This document shows positions 1 through 9,595 of a stretch of 64,000 nt of DNA, one piece after another (within the stretch, counting starts at the first letter, position 1; every line of letters begins with the position of its first letter). The translations under genes and the position numbers were made by a program. The stretch lies in the NCBI GenBank assembly GCA_016209225.1, contig JACQWO010000025.1, positions 14,548-78,547 on the forward strand. The letters run 5' to 3'. Under the pieces are notes generated by a model. The model searched no databases. It was not told where the DNA came from and worked only from the letters and a program-made list of their open reading frames with translations. This DNA comes from Desulfobacterales bacterium (lineage in GTDB: Bacteria; Desulfobacterota; UBA8473).

Positions 1-206
1 CACATGGTACCATAATTCTCCGGATAGATTGGGAATACATCCATCGTATAGCAAACTTCAACAGGTGCTACAGACGAAAGCCATGCCACAGGCTTTTTTT
101 GCGCCTTTACCATAGCGGATTCCGTGTAGTAATCGGCCATCAGTTTACCCAATTTTTCAGCTGTCTTCAGCCTCTTCTTTTTTTCAGGTTTTTTATCGCT
201 CATTTT
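1..206 (-). CDS. 2-hydroxyacyl-CoA dehydratase / benzoyl-CoA reductase family subunit (HGD-D family), N-terminal fragment; the gene runs off the window start
   Basis: Minus-strand ATG near 204-206 reads MSDKKPEKKKRLKTAEKLGKLMADYYTESAMVKAQKKPVAWLSSVAPVEVCYTMDVFPIYPENYGTM. This resembles the N-termini of HgdA/BcrC-type subunits. It lies directly upstream of, and on the same strand as, the HGD-D gene 265-1371. Confidence 0.45.
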
Positions 207-264
207 ATAATCCTTTCTTCTTTAAAAGGTTATAAGAGATTACCGTATCTCGTCAGTTAAATAC

Positions 265-1371
265 CTACCTCAACATCTCGATAAATGCTTGAACCCTGGT
301 CTTGAATTGTCCCTCTTCGCCCAACCTGTCTTCTGTTTCCAGGTACAGGAAGGGTATGTCGTTTTTCTGTAGGACATCCTTCATATATGGATATTCGAAC
401 AAATGGGTGTCACAGTACTTCTGTACGATAGAGATTACTCCCTCTACTCGGTGTTTTTTGACCTCTTCCAGTATCCTTTCCATCCTCTCCTCGGATGGAT
501 GTTTGCAGGGGCAGGCTATTCTCATCTGGTAACGGTCTGCCAAAGACCTTATAGGATCGGAAGCAGGCTCCACAAGATCCCAGAAATAACGGCTGCCAAT
601 GCAAAGGTCATCAGCAACAATGCTTCCACCTACCTCTTCTATCATTTTAAGTATATTTACATCCTCAAAGGTTGAACCAGAAACCAGAAAACGTACCTTC
701 CCATCCTTGGAAGACTTAGAAGAGATCAATTCACTCTTGAGAGAGGAAAGCATTTTATTGTATTCTTTTTTAGGTGTCACAAAACCGGCCCTGACAACAT
801 GATAGAAATCACTGCCAGATAAAGGAGAGTTGTCTTTTCCCCTTATCTCATAAAGTTCCTTAAGCAGCTTGCGGCTTTCATTATATGTTTCTATAGACTG
901 ATTTATCGAGTCATCGTCTATAGACTTCCCAATGAATTCCTCTAATTTCGATCGTAGAACCTTAAACTCCTCTATTAAACACTCCCTGGCCGCTTTAGTC
1001 CTTTTTGCCGGCGCACCAATGTAGCCAACAAAAGGAATCTCAATATTCCTTGACCATATCCCTGGCATATTCCTCATAATATCACAGGTCTTAGAGGTTA
1101 CCATTCCATCCAGATAGTTATAAGTGCCTTTCAGTCCCTGATCCAGGCAGCTTCTGCCAAACGCACATATGAAGCTCTGGAGATGTGAATCCGCGAGAGT
1201 AACTTTATCCAGCGAGCCCAATATCCTGACAGGTATAATGCCGGCAGCATCTATTAACTCCTCCGGGGCATAACCACAGAAATAACCGAAAATCCTTTTA
1301 CCTTCTTTCTTCCACCTTTTCGCCAACTCGTGACGTTTTGCGTATCGTTCTTGGAAATCTGCAATCATCAT
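265..1371 (-). CDS. 2-hydroxyacyl-CoA dehydratase / benzoyl-CoA reductase D-component family subunit (HgdB/BcrB-like)
   Basis: 368-aa ORF. The N-terminus FGYFCGYAPEELIDAAGIIPVRILG, the cysteine pattern and the length are typical of the HGD-D family (PF06050). It is paired with the partial upstream paralog at 1-206. Confidence 0.7.
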   Translation of the reverse strand: MMIADFQERYAKRHELAKRWKKEGKRIFGYFCGYAPEELIDAAGIIPVRILGSLDKVTLADSHLQSFICAFGRSCLDQGLKGTYNYLDGMVTSKTCDIMRNMPGIWSRNIEIPFVGYIGAPAKRTKAARECLIEEFKVLRSKLEEFIGKSIDDDSINQSIETYNESRKLLKELYEIRGKDNSPLSGSDFYHVVRAGFVTPKKEYNKMLSSLKSELISSKSSKDGKVRFLVSGSTFEDVNILKMIEEVGGSIVADDLCIGSRYFWDLVEPASDPIRSLADRYQMRIACPCKHPSEERMERILEEVKKHRVEGVISIVQKYCDTHLFEYPYMKDVLQKNDIPFLYLETEDRLGEEGQFKTRVQAFIEMLR

Positions 1372-1436
1372 GGTTCAGTCCTTTCTTCATAATTAATAAT
1401 TAACCCATAGAGTAGGGGTAGGCTTAAAACCTGCCC

Positions 1437-3299
1437 CTACGATGCAAACGACTCCTCAGCTATCTCGACTACACTCTTATCCCCTGATTTTATCGCCCTG
1501 ACCTTACTGATCACCGTAGGAAGAACCGTATTAGCATAGAACTTGGCAGCAGCGATCTTACCGCTGTAAAAAGCGGCATCTTTGTTGCCAGATATGAGTT
1601 TTCTTATGCTCTCCTGATCCAAAGCCCCCTCTTTTGCCATAATCTCCTTGAGTTTCTTATCTGCTATAGTTGCCTGCCAGAGTAGCATCCATCCAAGGGC
1701 AACCATGCCGAAGACTTCCAGATATGGGTACGCGTTGATAATGGGGATAATGAAATCCGGGCCTCTGGCGATCTGGCCAAAGTGCATGCTCACTTCTGCC
1801 AGTGAATTCTTGGCCTTTTCAAACCCCTCTATATAACTCTTGAGTGTTTCGTTTGATTTATTAGCTTCAATGAAACTATTCATGTCAGTCAAGAAATTCA
1901 TTAAGACGCCGCCTTTTTTCATCCCCAACTTCCTGGCCACGAGATCCAGCGCCTGGATACCATTTGCCCCTTCGTAGAGAGATGCAATCTTATTGTCCCT
2001 GAGGAGTTGCTCCACCGGATATTCGGAGCAGTAACCGTATCCACCGTACACCTGGATGGCCTCCTTTATTATATAAAAGGACATATCACTGAAGAATGCC
2101 TTGCACACAGGGGTAAACAGGGCTATGTAATCCGCGTATTTTTCCCTTTCGTTCTCATCTTTTGCCGTAACCTCTTTATCCTCACAATAGGCTATATAGT
2201 ATGCAAACGCCCTCATGCCTTCCACGTAACTCTTCATCCATAGAAGCATTCTTCGGACATCCGGATGATTGATTATGGGAACCTGGGGTGCGTTGGGGTC
2301 CTTCATGCTCATAATACTGGCCCCTTGAAGCCTCTCTTTTGCATAGGCAACGGCATTGAGGTATGCGGAGCTGGCCTGTCCCAAGGATTGGAGTCCCACT
2401 CCCAATCTGGCCTCGTTCATCATGTGGAACATGATCTTCATGCCTTCGTTCTCTCCCCCTAAAAGCTCACCGATGCATCTGCCATTGTCTCCAAAATTCA
2501 GGGTAGTCGTTGCCGAACCGTTAATCCCAAGCTTATGCTCTATACCGCTGCAGAAGACGTCATTGTCTTCACCAAGACTTCCATCTTCATTAACCCTGAT
2601 CTTTGGAACCAAAAACAGGGATATCCCTTTTGTTCCCGGGGGTGCCCCCTGAATCCTGGCGAGAACAGGATGTATTATGTTTTTCGTCAGATTATGTTCC
2701 CCTGCCGTGATAAAGGATTTGGTGCCCATTATAGTATACGTGCCATCTTCGTTCTTTTTTGCAATTGTCTTGGTAGCGCCCACATCGCTTCCTGCACCCG
2801 GCTCAGTAAGGCACATGGTGCCTGCCCATTCACCGGAATACATCCTCTCCATGTATTTCTTCTTCTGCTCTTCCGTACCATATATCTCTATGAGCTTGGC
2901 CGCTCCATGAGTAAGCATTGCATACCCTCCCAGTGCACCATTTGCCGCGGCACAGTATTCTTCTATCGGTGCAAATATGGTAAAAGGCAACCCCTGTCCG
3001 CCTATCTCAGGATCCTCGGTAGGGGTAATCCACCCTCCTTCTTTATAGAGTCTGAATGCCTCATGAAAACATTCAGGCACCGTCACCTTGCCATTTTCAT
3101 ACTTGCAGCCTTCCCTGTCCCCTTTTTCTCTTGTAGGCAGTAACACATTTACCGCCAGCTTCCTCGCCTCCTCAATAACCATATCAAAGTCCTGTTTTGT
3201 AAAATCCTTATATTTCTCAGTCTTACACAGATCCTCAACGCATAACTGTTCGTGCAATACAAACTCTACATCTCTCTCATCGACTAATAGATTTCCCAT
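1437..3299 (-). CDS. Acyl-CoA dehydrogenase, long form with C-terminal extension domain
   Basis: 620 aa. The ACAD N-terminal, middle and C-terminal regions are all recognisable (YEGANGIQALDLV, GGYGY motifs). The roughly 200-aa C-terminal extension is as in FadE/AcdA-type long ACADs. Confidence 0.85.
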   Translation of the reverse strand: MGNLLVDERDVEFVLHEQLCVEDLCKTEKYKDFTKQDFDMVIEEARKLAVNVLLPTREKGDREGCKYENGKVTVPECFHEAFRLYKEGGWITPTEDPEIGGQGLPFTIFAPIEEYCAAANGALGGYAMLTHGAAKLIEIYGTEEQKKKYMERMYSGEWAGTMCLTEPGAGSDVGATKTIAKKNEDGTYTIMGTKSFITAGEHNLTKNIIHPVLARIQGAPPGTKGISLFLVPKIRVNEDGSLGEDNDVFCSGIEHKLGINGSATTTLNFGDNGRCIGELLGGENEGMKIMFHMMNEARLGVGLQSLGQASSAYLNAVAYAKERLQGASIMSMKDPNAPQVPIINHPDVRRMLLWMKSYVEGMRAFAYYIAYCEDKEVTAKDENEREKYADYIALFTPVCKAFFSDMSFYIIKEAIQVYGGYGYCSEYPVEQLLRDNKIASLYEGANGIQALDLVARKLGMKKGGVLMNFLTDMNSFIEANKSNETLKSYIEGFEKAKNSLAEVSMHFGQIARGPDFIIPIINAYPYLEVFGMVALGWMLLWQATIADKKLKEIMAKEGALDQESIRKLISGNKDAAFYSGKIAAAKFYANTVLPTVISKVRAIKSGDKSVVEIAEESFAS

Positions 3300-3328
3300 T
3301 TGTAACCCCCTAATCCTTGTTTAAAAGT

Positions 3329-4432
3329 TTACAGGCTTCCAAGACGAATAAAATCCTCTGCTTGTAAAAAACTATATTCACTAATTCCTAAACCCTCTTC
3401 GATTAGATCCAGGACGACTCCTTTTTCTTCAGGGAGTTTATAACCATCATAGTCCTGTTTTAATAGATGGATAAGATTTCCAGTCCCTGTCCGATAAGCA
3501 GGGTTCCTGAAGTGGTCGAAACAAATCCTGCTGGTTACATCCAACCCCTCTACCATTATTTTCATCTCTTCCAGAATCTCATGGGGAGAAAGAAGCTCCA
3601 TTTTATTTTTTTCGTATTCATCCAGCATGGGTGTTCCAGGCAAAGGGGTAAAGGGTCTTGATCGTATGAAATCAGGATTTATCTCGTTTAACACATTTGC
3701 AGTATTCACGGCATGCTGTTTAGACATCGCCCTTCCACCCAGACCAGGCATTATATATTCTGAAAGTTCTATACCGGCTTCCATCATCTTTTTTCCTGCA
3801 AGGATATGTTCCTCTGCCGTTACCCCTTTCTTGATCTTCCATAATAATTCATCGTCTCCTGTCTCCAATCCTATATGCAATCTCGACAGACCTGCCTTGC
3901 CCAGTTGTTTTAGTTCCCCCGGTTTCTTTTTAAATATGGTCTTCGCCCTGGCATAAGAGGTTATCCTGTTCAGGGCAGGAAACTTCTCCTTTAAATATAC
4001 GATAATTTCAACCAATTGGGGAGTGGGAATTACAATAGAATCAGCATCCTGCAAAAACACCGTCCTTGCCCCAGAATGCAGCCAGTTAAATACATTGACA
4101 AAACTGTGATTGTTGTTGAGTTGGGGGATACTTCTTATAAGGGCGGCACCTACTGCATTGTTTATATCACCGGCATAGCCCAAATCCCAGGACAACTTTC
4201 TTGTCTCATCACTGATAGCGCTCACCGTATCGATATCGGCTTTAACATCATCTACGGACCTCTTCTTGAATTTCTCGTGATTATATGGTCTGCCATAGCA
4301 AAAGGCGCAGTGATTCCAGGGGCAATTCCTCGTAACCCTTATCAGCAAGGAATAGCTTCCACCTTCACTTGGTGGGCGTATGGGCCCCATCTCAAAGGAA
4401 AGTTCGTTAAGTTTGCTGTGATGAATTAGCAT
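3329..4432 (-). CDS. Radical SAM protein with non-canonical CX4CX2C cluster motif
   Basis: 367 aa. The sequence RVTRNCPWNHCAFCYG sits near the N-terminus, where radical-SAM proteins carry their Fe-S cysteine triad. Here the first gap is 4 residues rather than 3. Function unknown. Confidence 0.65.
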   Translation of the reverse strand: MLIHHSKLNELSFEMGPIRPPSEGGSYSLLIRVTRNCPWNHCAFCYGRPYNHEKFKKRSVDDVKADIDTVSAISDETRKLSWDLGYAGDINNAVGAALIRSIPQLNNNHSFVNVFNWLHSGARTVFLQDADSIVIPTPQLVEIIVYLKEKFPALNRITSYARAKTIFKKKPGELKQLGKAGLSRLHIGLETGDDELLWKIKKGVTAEEHILAGKKMMEAGIELSEYIMPGLGGRAMSKQHAVNTANVLNEINPDFIRSRPFTPLPGTPMLDEYEKNKMELLSPHEILEEMKIMVEGLDVTSRICFDHFRNPAYRTGTGNLIHLLKQDYDGYKLPEEKGVVLDLIEEGLGISEYSFLQAEDFIRLGSL

Positions 4433-4468
4433 CTCCTATACCACCATTGACGAGATTTCCGAACCCTT

Positions 4469-4984
4469 TCAAAATTCCTCATCCATCATCTTCTTTGATG
4501 CCTCCTGGCCAATTATTCCATCGGCACTGCCGGTTAAGCTAAAGTAATCTCCAAACTTTTTATCTTGAGGCCATCCCACAAAACAATCAACCTTATCCCT
4601 ATCGGGGTTTACAAGCCACATCATAAAAGAGTGATCCTTAACTGTAAACCACCATTCTTCTTCCCTTATTAGGAATGCAAGGAAAAAATACTCGCTCACC
4701 GGAGGAAGTATCAAGGCATAATCTACCTTGCTGCCCAAAACACACTTAGCAGCGGCCAGCTCTCTGAATCCTTCTATTGCCTCGCTAATATCTTTCTTTA
4801 TCACCCCTATTACTTCGTGTTTCTTGTTCCCTTCTTTTCTCTCCACATGAATATCAGGCAAGGCAAAACCGATGTACTTAGTCTCCAAGATAGTATAGCC
4901 TACATACTTCAGAAAATCCTCTACCCCCTTCTTAATCTCTTCTTTTGTAAACCTCTCTTCTTTTTCCTCATACATATTCAACAT
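4469..4984 (-). CDS. Hypothetical protein (171 aa)
   Basis: Clean ORF with no recognisable motif. It lies downstream of the conserved leader-like element at 5222-5332. Confidence 0.35.
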   Translation of the reverse strand: MLNMYEEKEERFTKEEIKKGVEDFLKYVGYTILETKYIGFALPDIHVERKEGNKKHEVIGVIKKDISEAIEGFRELAAAKCVLGSKVDYALILPPVSEYFFLAFLIREEEWWFTVKDHSFMMWLVNPDRDKVDCFVGWPQDKKFGDYFSLTGSADGIIGQEASKKMMDEEF

Positions 4985-5221
4985 CCTCCCACAACTGTAT
5001 GAAATACAAATTATATCCAGTGTCTTTTATCTTATTTAAACTAACCTCGTCAGATAAGTCAAACAAAAAAATTTTTTTGTATTCCTAGTTTTTCAGGCGT
5101 TTCAAGGACGTGAGATATCGATTGGCCCAATAGGTCCAGAAGGTTAAGCTTTTTTTCGGTACGAGCTTTCGTGAAAGCAGATATTACTGAAAATCGGGAA
5201 GTGTTTGTAAAGGTAATGTTT

Positions 5222-5332
5222 TCTCTCATATAAGCTCCTGCCTGCGACATAGGGATTCTGCATAATATGATATTATGAACTATTTACGGCAGTTAAGAAG
5301 ATTTTTCTTCAAAAATTATTGTTGTCAACAAA
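5222..5332 (-). repeat. Conserved promoter/leader-like block, copy 1 of 2 (roughly 110 nt, reads on the minus strand), ending in an RBS and an ATG (MREN...)
   Basis: Near-identical to 51228-51338 on the opposite strand. The shared core is TTTACGGCAGTTAAGAAGATTTTTCT...ATAATATGATATTA...GGATTCTG...CCTGCC..AGGAGCTTATATGAGAGA. Conservation stops 2-3 codons after the ATG. Confidence 0.5.
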
Positions 5333-6159
5333 TAGAATTGTCCGATTTTGTAGCAAATGAATTGTCCATTTTTTACTATTCCGGTAGAGCATTGTGAGAA
5401 ATGTTCTTAAGGTTCTTTTCTGGAATAGATGGCGAGCGGTGGACTTACGCTGCTTTTTCTTTTTTGGTATTTCTCAAGTTTCCTTGTGCATTATAGTCAG
5501 CCAACTTGCGCGGGCTATGAAAAACTGCGAGAGATCCATCCTCCATATGCCTCTTCAAATCTCATCTTCTGAACTTCCTGTTAATGTCTACTGTCCGTCT
5601 CATACATCATCCCCATTGGTGACCATTGTAAACCGGACAGTTTATGTGCTACAACACCGGACAGTTTACTTGCTTCTAATACTATATGACAATTTATATC
5701 AATAAATAATATCATATGATATTACATTATATCCATCAAGAAGGTCTATGCTGACAAGGGATATTATTCAGGGGATCAAAGATCATTCCAGCAACATAAA
5801 CCAAGGGAGAGGTGTGCCTGGATAGCAAAACCAGGGTAAAACACCTCATAATAATCAACTTTAAGGCACAAAATGCTTCAAAAAAAGAGATTCCGATCAT
5901 ATTAAGATACGATTGACAGAAACAAACCCCTCTGATTTCTAAAAGTTTGATAGAAAACATGAACTTTAAACAGTTAAAGGAAAATTCAAAGGTCTCAGGG
6001 GGCATTGGATGCCCTCTAGATACTGACGTCTCTGTTGGTGATGTTTTGCAGGTTAGATTTGATATAGGGAAAACAAAGGTTGCACAAAAATGTAGAGTAA
6101 GGTGGATTAGGCTTAAATTTGATCAGATGGGCTTAGAATTGTTAGATTTGTCATGCTCA

Positions 6160-6948
6160 TTACCCTCCCTGAAACTTGGCTTTTCTCTTTTTCATAAAGG
6201 CAGCTACACCTTCCCTGTAATCCTCACTCTCAACACAACGGACAGCCAAAGTCCGAACCTTTTCCATGTTCCGCTGCGAGGGAGGTTTCAGAATCTCACG
6301 AATAGAGACCTTGTGGGCAGCTAGACTTAGAGGCACGTTTTTGGCCAGTTCAAGAGCATATTCTCTAGTGTAACTTTCCAGCTTGGCCTTGGGGATTATC
6401 CGATTGATAAGGCCCATGTGATAGGTTTCTTCGGAATTGTAGGTCCGAGCTGTAAGCAGAATCTCAGCAGCGTTGGCTGGACCAACGAGATGAACCAGTC
6501 TTTCTGCCCCTCGCTCCAGAGAATAGGCAATGCCCAGGTGGGCAGCAGGGATGCCGAACTTAGCATCATCCGCAGCCAGACGTATATCACACATCATGGC
6601 TACTGAGCACCCACCACCCATACAAAAGCCATGGATCATAACAATCACGGGCTTTTCCATCTGACTCAAGCTAACCAGCGCCCTCTCGGCGGCTTGGTCA
6701 TATTCACCGCATGAGACCCCAAATCGCACTTTTTCAAACCGGGATATGTCAGCCCCTGAGACAAACGCTTCCTCTCCCGCCCCCCGTATGAGAAGAACCC
6801 TCAGAGTGGTATTCTTCACCACCTCCTCGACTAGCTTGGGCAGGGCCTGCCACATCTCCAGGCTGACAGCATTACGCATCTTGGGTCTGTTAAAAACGGT
6901 CCATGCCAAAGGGGGTTCCTTCTGAAGGTAAATGGGTTGATCTATCAT
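6160..6948 (-). CDS. Enoyl-CoA hydratase/isomerase (crotonase family)
   Basis: 262 aa. FVSGADI, the GGG oxyanion-hole region and MMCDIRLAA are canonical crotonase-fold motifs. Confidence 0.85.
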   Translation of the reverse strand: MIDQPIYLQKEPPLAWTVFNRPKMRNAVSLEMWQALPKLVEEVVKNTTLRVLLIRGAGEEAFVSGADISRFEKVRFGVSCGEYDQAAERALVSLSQMEKPVIVMIHGFCMGGGCSVAMMCDIRLAADDAKFGIPAAHLGIAYSLERGAERLVHLVGPANAAEILLTARTYNSEETYHMGLINRIIPKAKLESYTREYALELAKNVPLSLAAHKVSIREILKPPSQRNMEKVRTLAVRCVESEDYREGVAAFMKKRKAKFQGG

Positions 6949-7073
6949 TACATCACTCCTTTAACAGATCGATACAAGTCTGATGGACTTTTTGCGAAGC
7001 CATAAAGTTTCGGTAAACAACCATTGTAACTTCTGCTATAACTTCAGAAAACATAATACTACTTTTATTGAAG

Positions 7074-7112
7074 ATATGCCATCTATATGTCCCTTTGGTA
7101 ACATTGTCAATA
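7074..7112 (-). promoter_or_regulatory. Candidate sigma70 promoter for the crotonase gene
   Basis: Minus strand reads TTGACA (complement of 7107-7112), a 17-nt spacer, then TATAGAT (complement of 7083-7089). It lies about 125 nt upstream of the ATG at 6948. Confidence 0.3.
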
Positions 7113-7245
7113 ATTGCTTGTAATTGCATGATAATTTGAGAACCGTTTCTACTACGTAACCTATTACGTCAAGAATAGGCAAAGCTCCTTTATTCGTTTG
7201 AAAGAGAGACAGCAGGGAGTCAGAGAGAATTACTAAAAAATTTTC

Positions 7246-8514
7246 TCATACACACTCCTTCATCTCCCACCCGCCATTTTTTCTAACCAGTAAAATCAAC
7301 AAAAGCCCAACAGCAGCCATAGCGGCACTAATCACGAAGGCATAATCATAGGTACCTGTCCTGTCCCGAAGTATACCGGTAACCCAGTGAACCAGGATGG
7401 CCCCCAGGCCATAAAAGGGCGTCCATGCCCCTATAACGGTACCCATCATTTTCCTTGGGAAATAGTCCCCTGCACAAGCCCCATAGATGGGAAATGTTGC
7501 TCCGTAAAAAATTGCCACCCCTCCCACAAGGGCATACAGCATTACCCATGAATCTCCGGTGAAGAGGATTCCCGACATAAAGGCAGCGATAAAGGAGTTG
7601 GAAATAATGATAGTCCTTTTTCGACCGACATAGTCGGACAGGGGTAAGATCGTTAAAACTCCTGCCACCTGACAAATACCGTGCACTGTTGCCAGAAAGC
7701 TTGCCTTTTCCAGAGACAGTCCAATCTGGTATTTAGCATAGTCCACCATAAAAGTAGTAAGGCCGTAGAGGCTGTAAGATATGCAAAAATAGGAGAACCC
7801 AATAAGCCAGAACCTGCTATCCTTTAAAACTATAGAGAGAGAACCGCCCCTGGATTGTGCCAACACGTCTATGGTGTTGACTTGGGATGTTTCCCTCTGT
7901 CCCCAGGGCAAGTGCCCGCAGTTCTCGGGGTCACTTCTAAGTAACAGACCGTTGATAATCACCATCACCAGCGCCCCGGCTCCTAAAAAATACCAGCCAT
8001 AACGCCAGTTGAAGTTGAGCACTATCCATGGAAAGGATACTCCCATGGTTGCGAACCCAAACCCGTATCCTGTGGAGAGTATGCCCAGAGCCAGCCCTCT
8101 GCGGTTTGGAGAGAACCATCGCTGAACTACGGTAATTACCGGTGTCCACATCCCCGTGGCACCAAGGCCGGCTATGGCGTAAAAGAGGCAGGCCTCCCAG
8201 AGGGTTTTTGCCGTTCCCATCAGGAGGACGCCAAGGCTGAGGATGAGACAGCAGGCTGTAATCACACGACGTGCTCCAAGTCTGTCGGTCAGATAACCGG
8301 TAAGGGGGGTCAGGGCGATATAGGAGAAGAGGTAGGAATTATAGATAGATCCGCCGGCAGTTCGATCGAAACCAAGAGTGCGAATCATCTCTGGAAGAAC
8401 AACTCCGTATCCGAGGCGGACAGAATAGTTGATAAAAAGATTGACAAAGCAGGTTGCCAGGATGATCCATGCCCAGTGAAAAGTTTCTCCTTTTTCTACA
8501 ACTTTTTTCAACAT
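7246..8514 (-). CDS. MFS transporter
   Basis: 422 aa with about 12 predicted TM segments. The MFS signature region GYLTDRLGARRV sits between TM2 and TM3. Confidence 0.8.
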   Translation of the reverse strand: MLKKVVEKGETFHWAWIILATCFVNLFINYSVRLGYGVVLPEMIRTLGFDRTAGGSIYNSYLFSYIALTPLTGYLTDRLGARRVITACCLILSLGVLLMGTAKTLWEACLFYAIAGLGATGMWTPVITVVQRWFSPNRRGLALGILSTGYGFGFATMGVSFPWIVLNFNWRYGWYFLGAGALVMVIINGLLLRSDPENCGHLPWGQRETSQVNTIDVLAQSRGGSLSIVLKDSRFWLIGFSYFCISYSLYGLTTFMVDYAKYQIGLSLEKASFLATVHGICQVAGVLTILPLSDYVGRKRTIIISNSFIAAFMSGILFTGDSWVMLYALVGGVAIFYGATFPIYGACAGDYFPRKMMGTVIGAWTPFYGLGAILVHWVTGILRDRTGTYDYAFVISAAMAAVGLLLILLVRKNGGWEMKECV

Positions 8515-8547
8515 TTTATATTACCTGATTGGATAGTTGGCACATCT

Positions 8548-8595
8548 TAGAATTCAGAAGTCAGGAGTCAGAATCCAGATTGGTTAATTCGCTCC
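8548..8595. repeat. Heptanucleotide-periodic repeat element (AGTCAGG/AGTCAGA/ATCCAGA family), short copy
   Basis: cagaagtcaggagtcagaatccagattggttaa is near-identical to 52500-52550, except that the latter carries two extra heptads. Confidence 0.4.
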
Positions 8596-8813
8596 CAGGG
8601 GACTTCTTCAAAGCTCTCGGCAGGTTGTGCAAAGATCTCATTTTAAACAATATTACTGTGGAATTGAGTTTATCACAAGAAAAAAGGGAAGATGATCGGG
8701 AACATCGTTAAAAATATGATCTGAGATGAAAAAGAACTGGATTTAAGTTGATAATTAAGGTATAGATAACTGAGTAGTTAAATGATAGTCCTGAGTTTGC
8801 AAACCCAAATCAA

Positions 8814-9284
8814 GTGGGGGGTAATTTGATTGATCTGGTAAAAAAATTTTTCGGGAAAAGCGCACAGGTTGATACTGGGAATCAAAAAAGAGAAAATTAT
8901 CATGATATCAGGGTGGCAACCTGTGCCATTCTCCTGGAGATGGCTAATATAGACGGTGAGTTTAGTGACGCAGAGCGAGAAGATATTATCTCTATTTTGA
9001 AAAAAGACTATCAATTGTCTGATGAATATACTGCCGAGCTTCTTGAAGCTTCAAATAAGGAGTTGAAACAGAGTATAGACCTATGGCAGTTTACAAACCT
9101 TATCAATCAGAATTATTCAACGGAGGAGAGAATCCATATTATTGAGATGATATGGAAGATTGTTTATGCCGATGGAAAGCTTGATAAACATGAGGATTAC
9201 TTAGTTCACAAACTTGCCAATCTGCTACGTCTTAACCACAAACAACTCATTGATGCCAAAGTAAAGATACCCCACATTGGTTAA
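8814..9284 (+). CDS. TerB-like (tellurite resistance / DjlA N-terminal domain) family protein
   Basis: 156 aa. ATCAILLEMANIDGEFSDAEREDI and a second IHIIEMIWKIVYADGKLDKHEDYLVHKLANLL repeat match the two-lobed TerB fold pattern. Confidence 0.55.
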   Translation: MGGNLIDLVKKFFGKSAQVDTGNQKRENYHDIRVATCAILLEMANIDGEFSDAEREDIISILKKDYQLSDEYTAELLEASNKELKQSIDLWQFTNLINQNYSTEERIHIIEMIWKIVYADGKLDKHEDYLVHKLANLLRLNHKQLIDAKVKIPHIG

Positions 9285-9595
9285 AATCTCCGAGAGCTAA
9301 GGCGGTGTGCCTAATATGATCAATCTGGTAAAAAAGTACCGTGAAACTATACCGTGACTTTTGAAATCCGAAGCACGAAATTTAAAACAAATTCAAATCC
9401 CAAAATTCTAATGTTCTAAACTGTGTTTTGAATTATGGTCATTCGATATTAGGATTTGTTTAGGATCTCGATATTTTATATTCGAATTTATCAATTCTGA
9501 ATATCGAATAATAACTGTTATCGATTAATTGTAAGTATCTTACTGAAACGATATCCTAGAATGATAGATATAGACAAAGGAAAGGAGGAGGGGAG

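Noticed and set aside
2007-3324. Several plus-strand ORFs (up to 202 aa) inside 1437-3299
   Set aside because: Antisense to a well-supported long acyl-CoA dehydrogenase. No motifs, no RBS.
5394-6324. Track ORFs 5394-5705, 5736-6005 and 5947-6324 in the 1.2-kb ORF-poor region
   Set aside because: No RBS, odd composition, and 5947-6324 overlaps the crotonase gene by 165 nt. The region is more likely regulatory or noncoding. Its direct repeat AACCGGACAGTTTA x2 and palindrome ATATCATATGATAT were noted but not interpreted.
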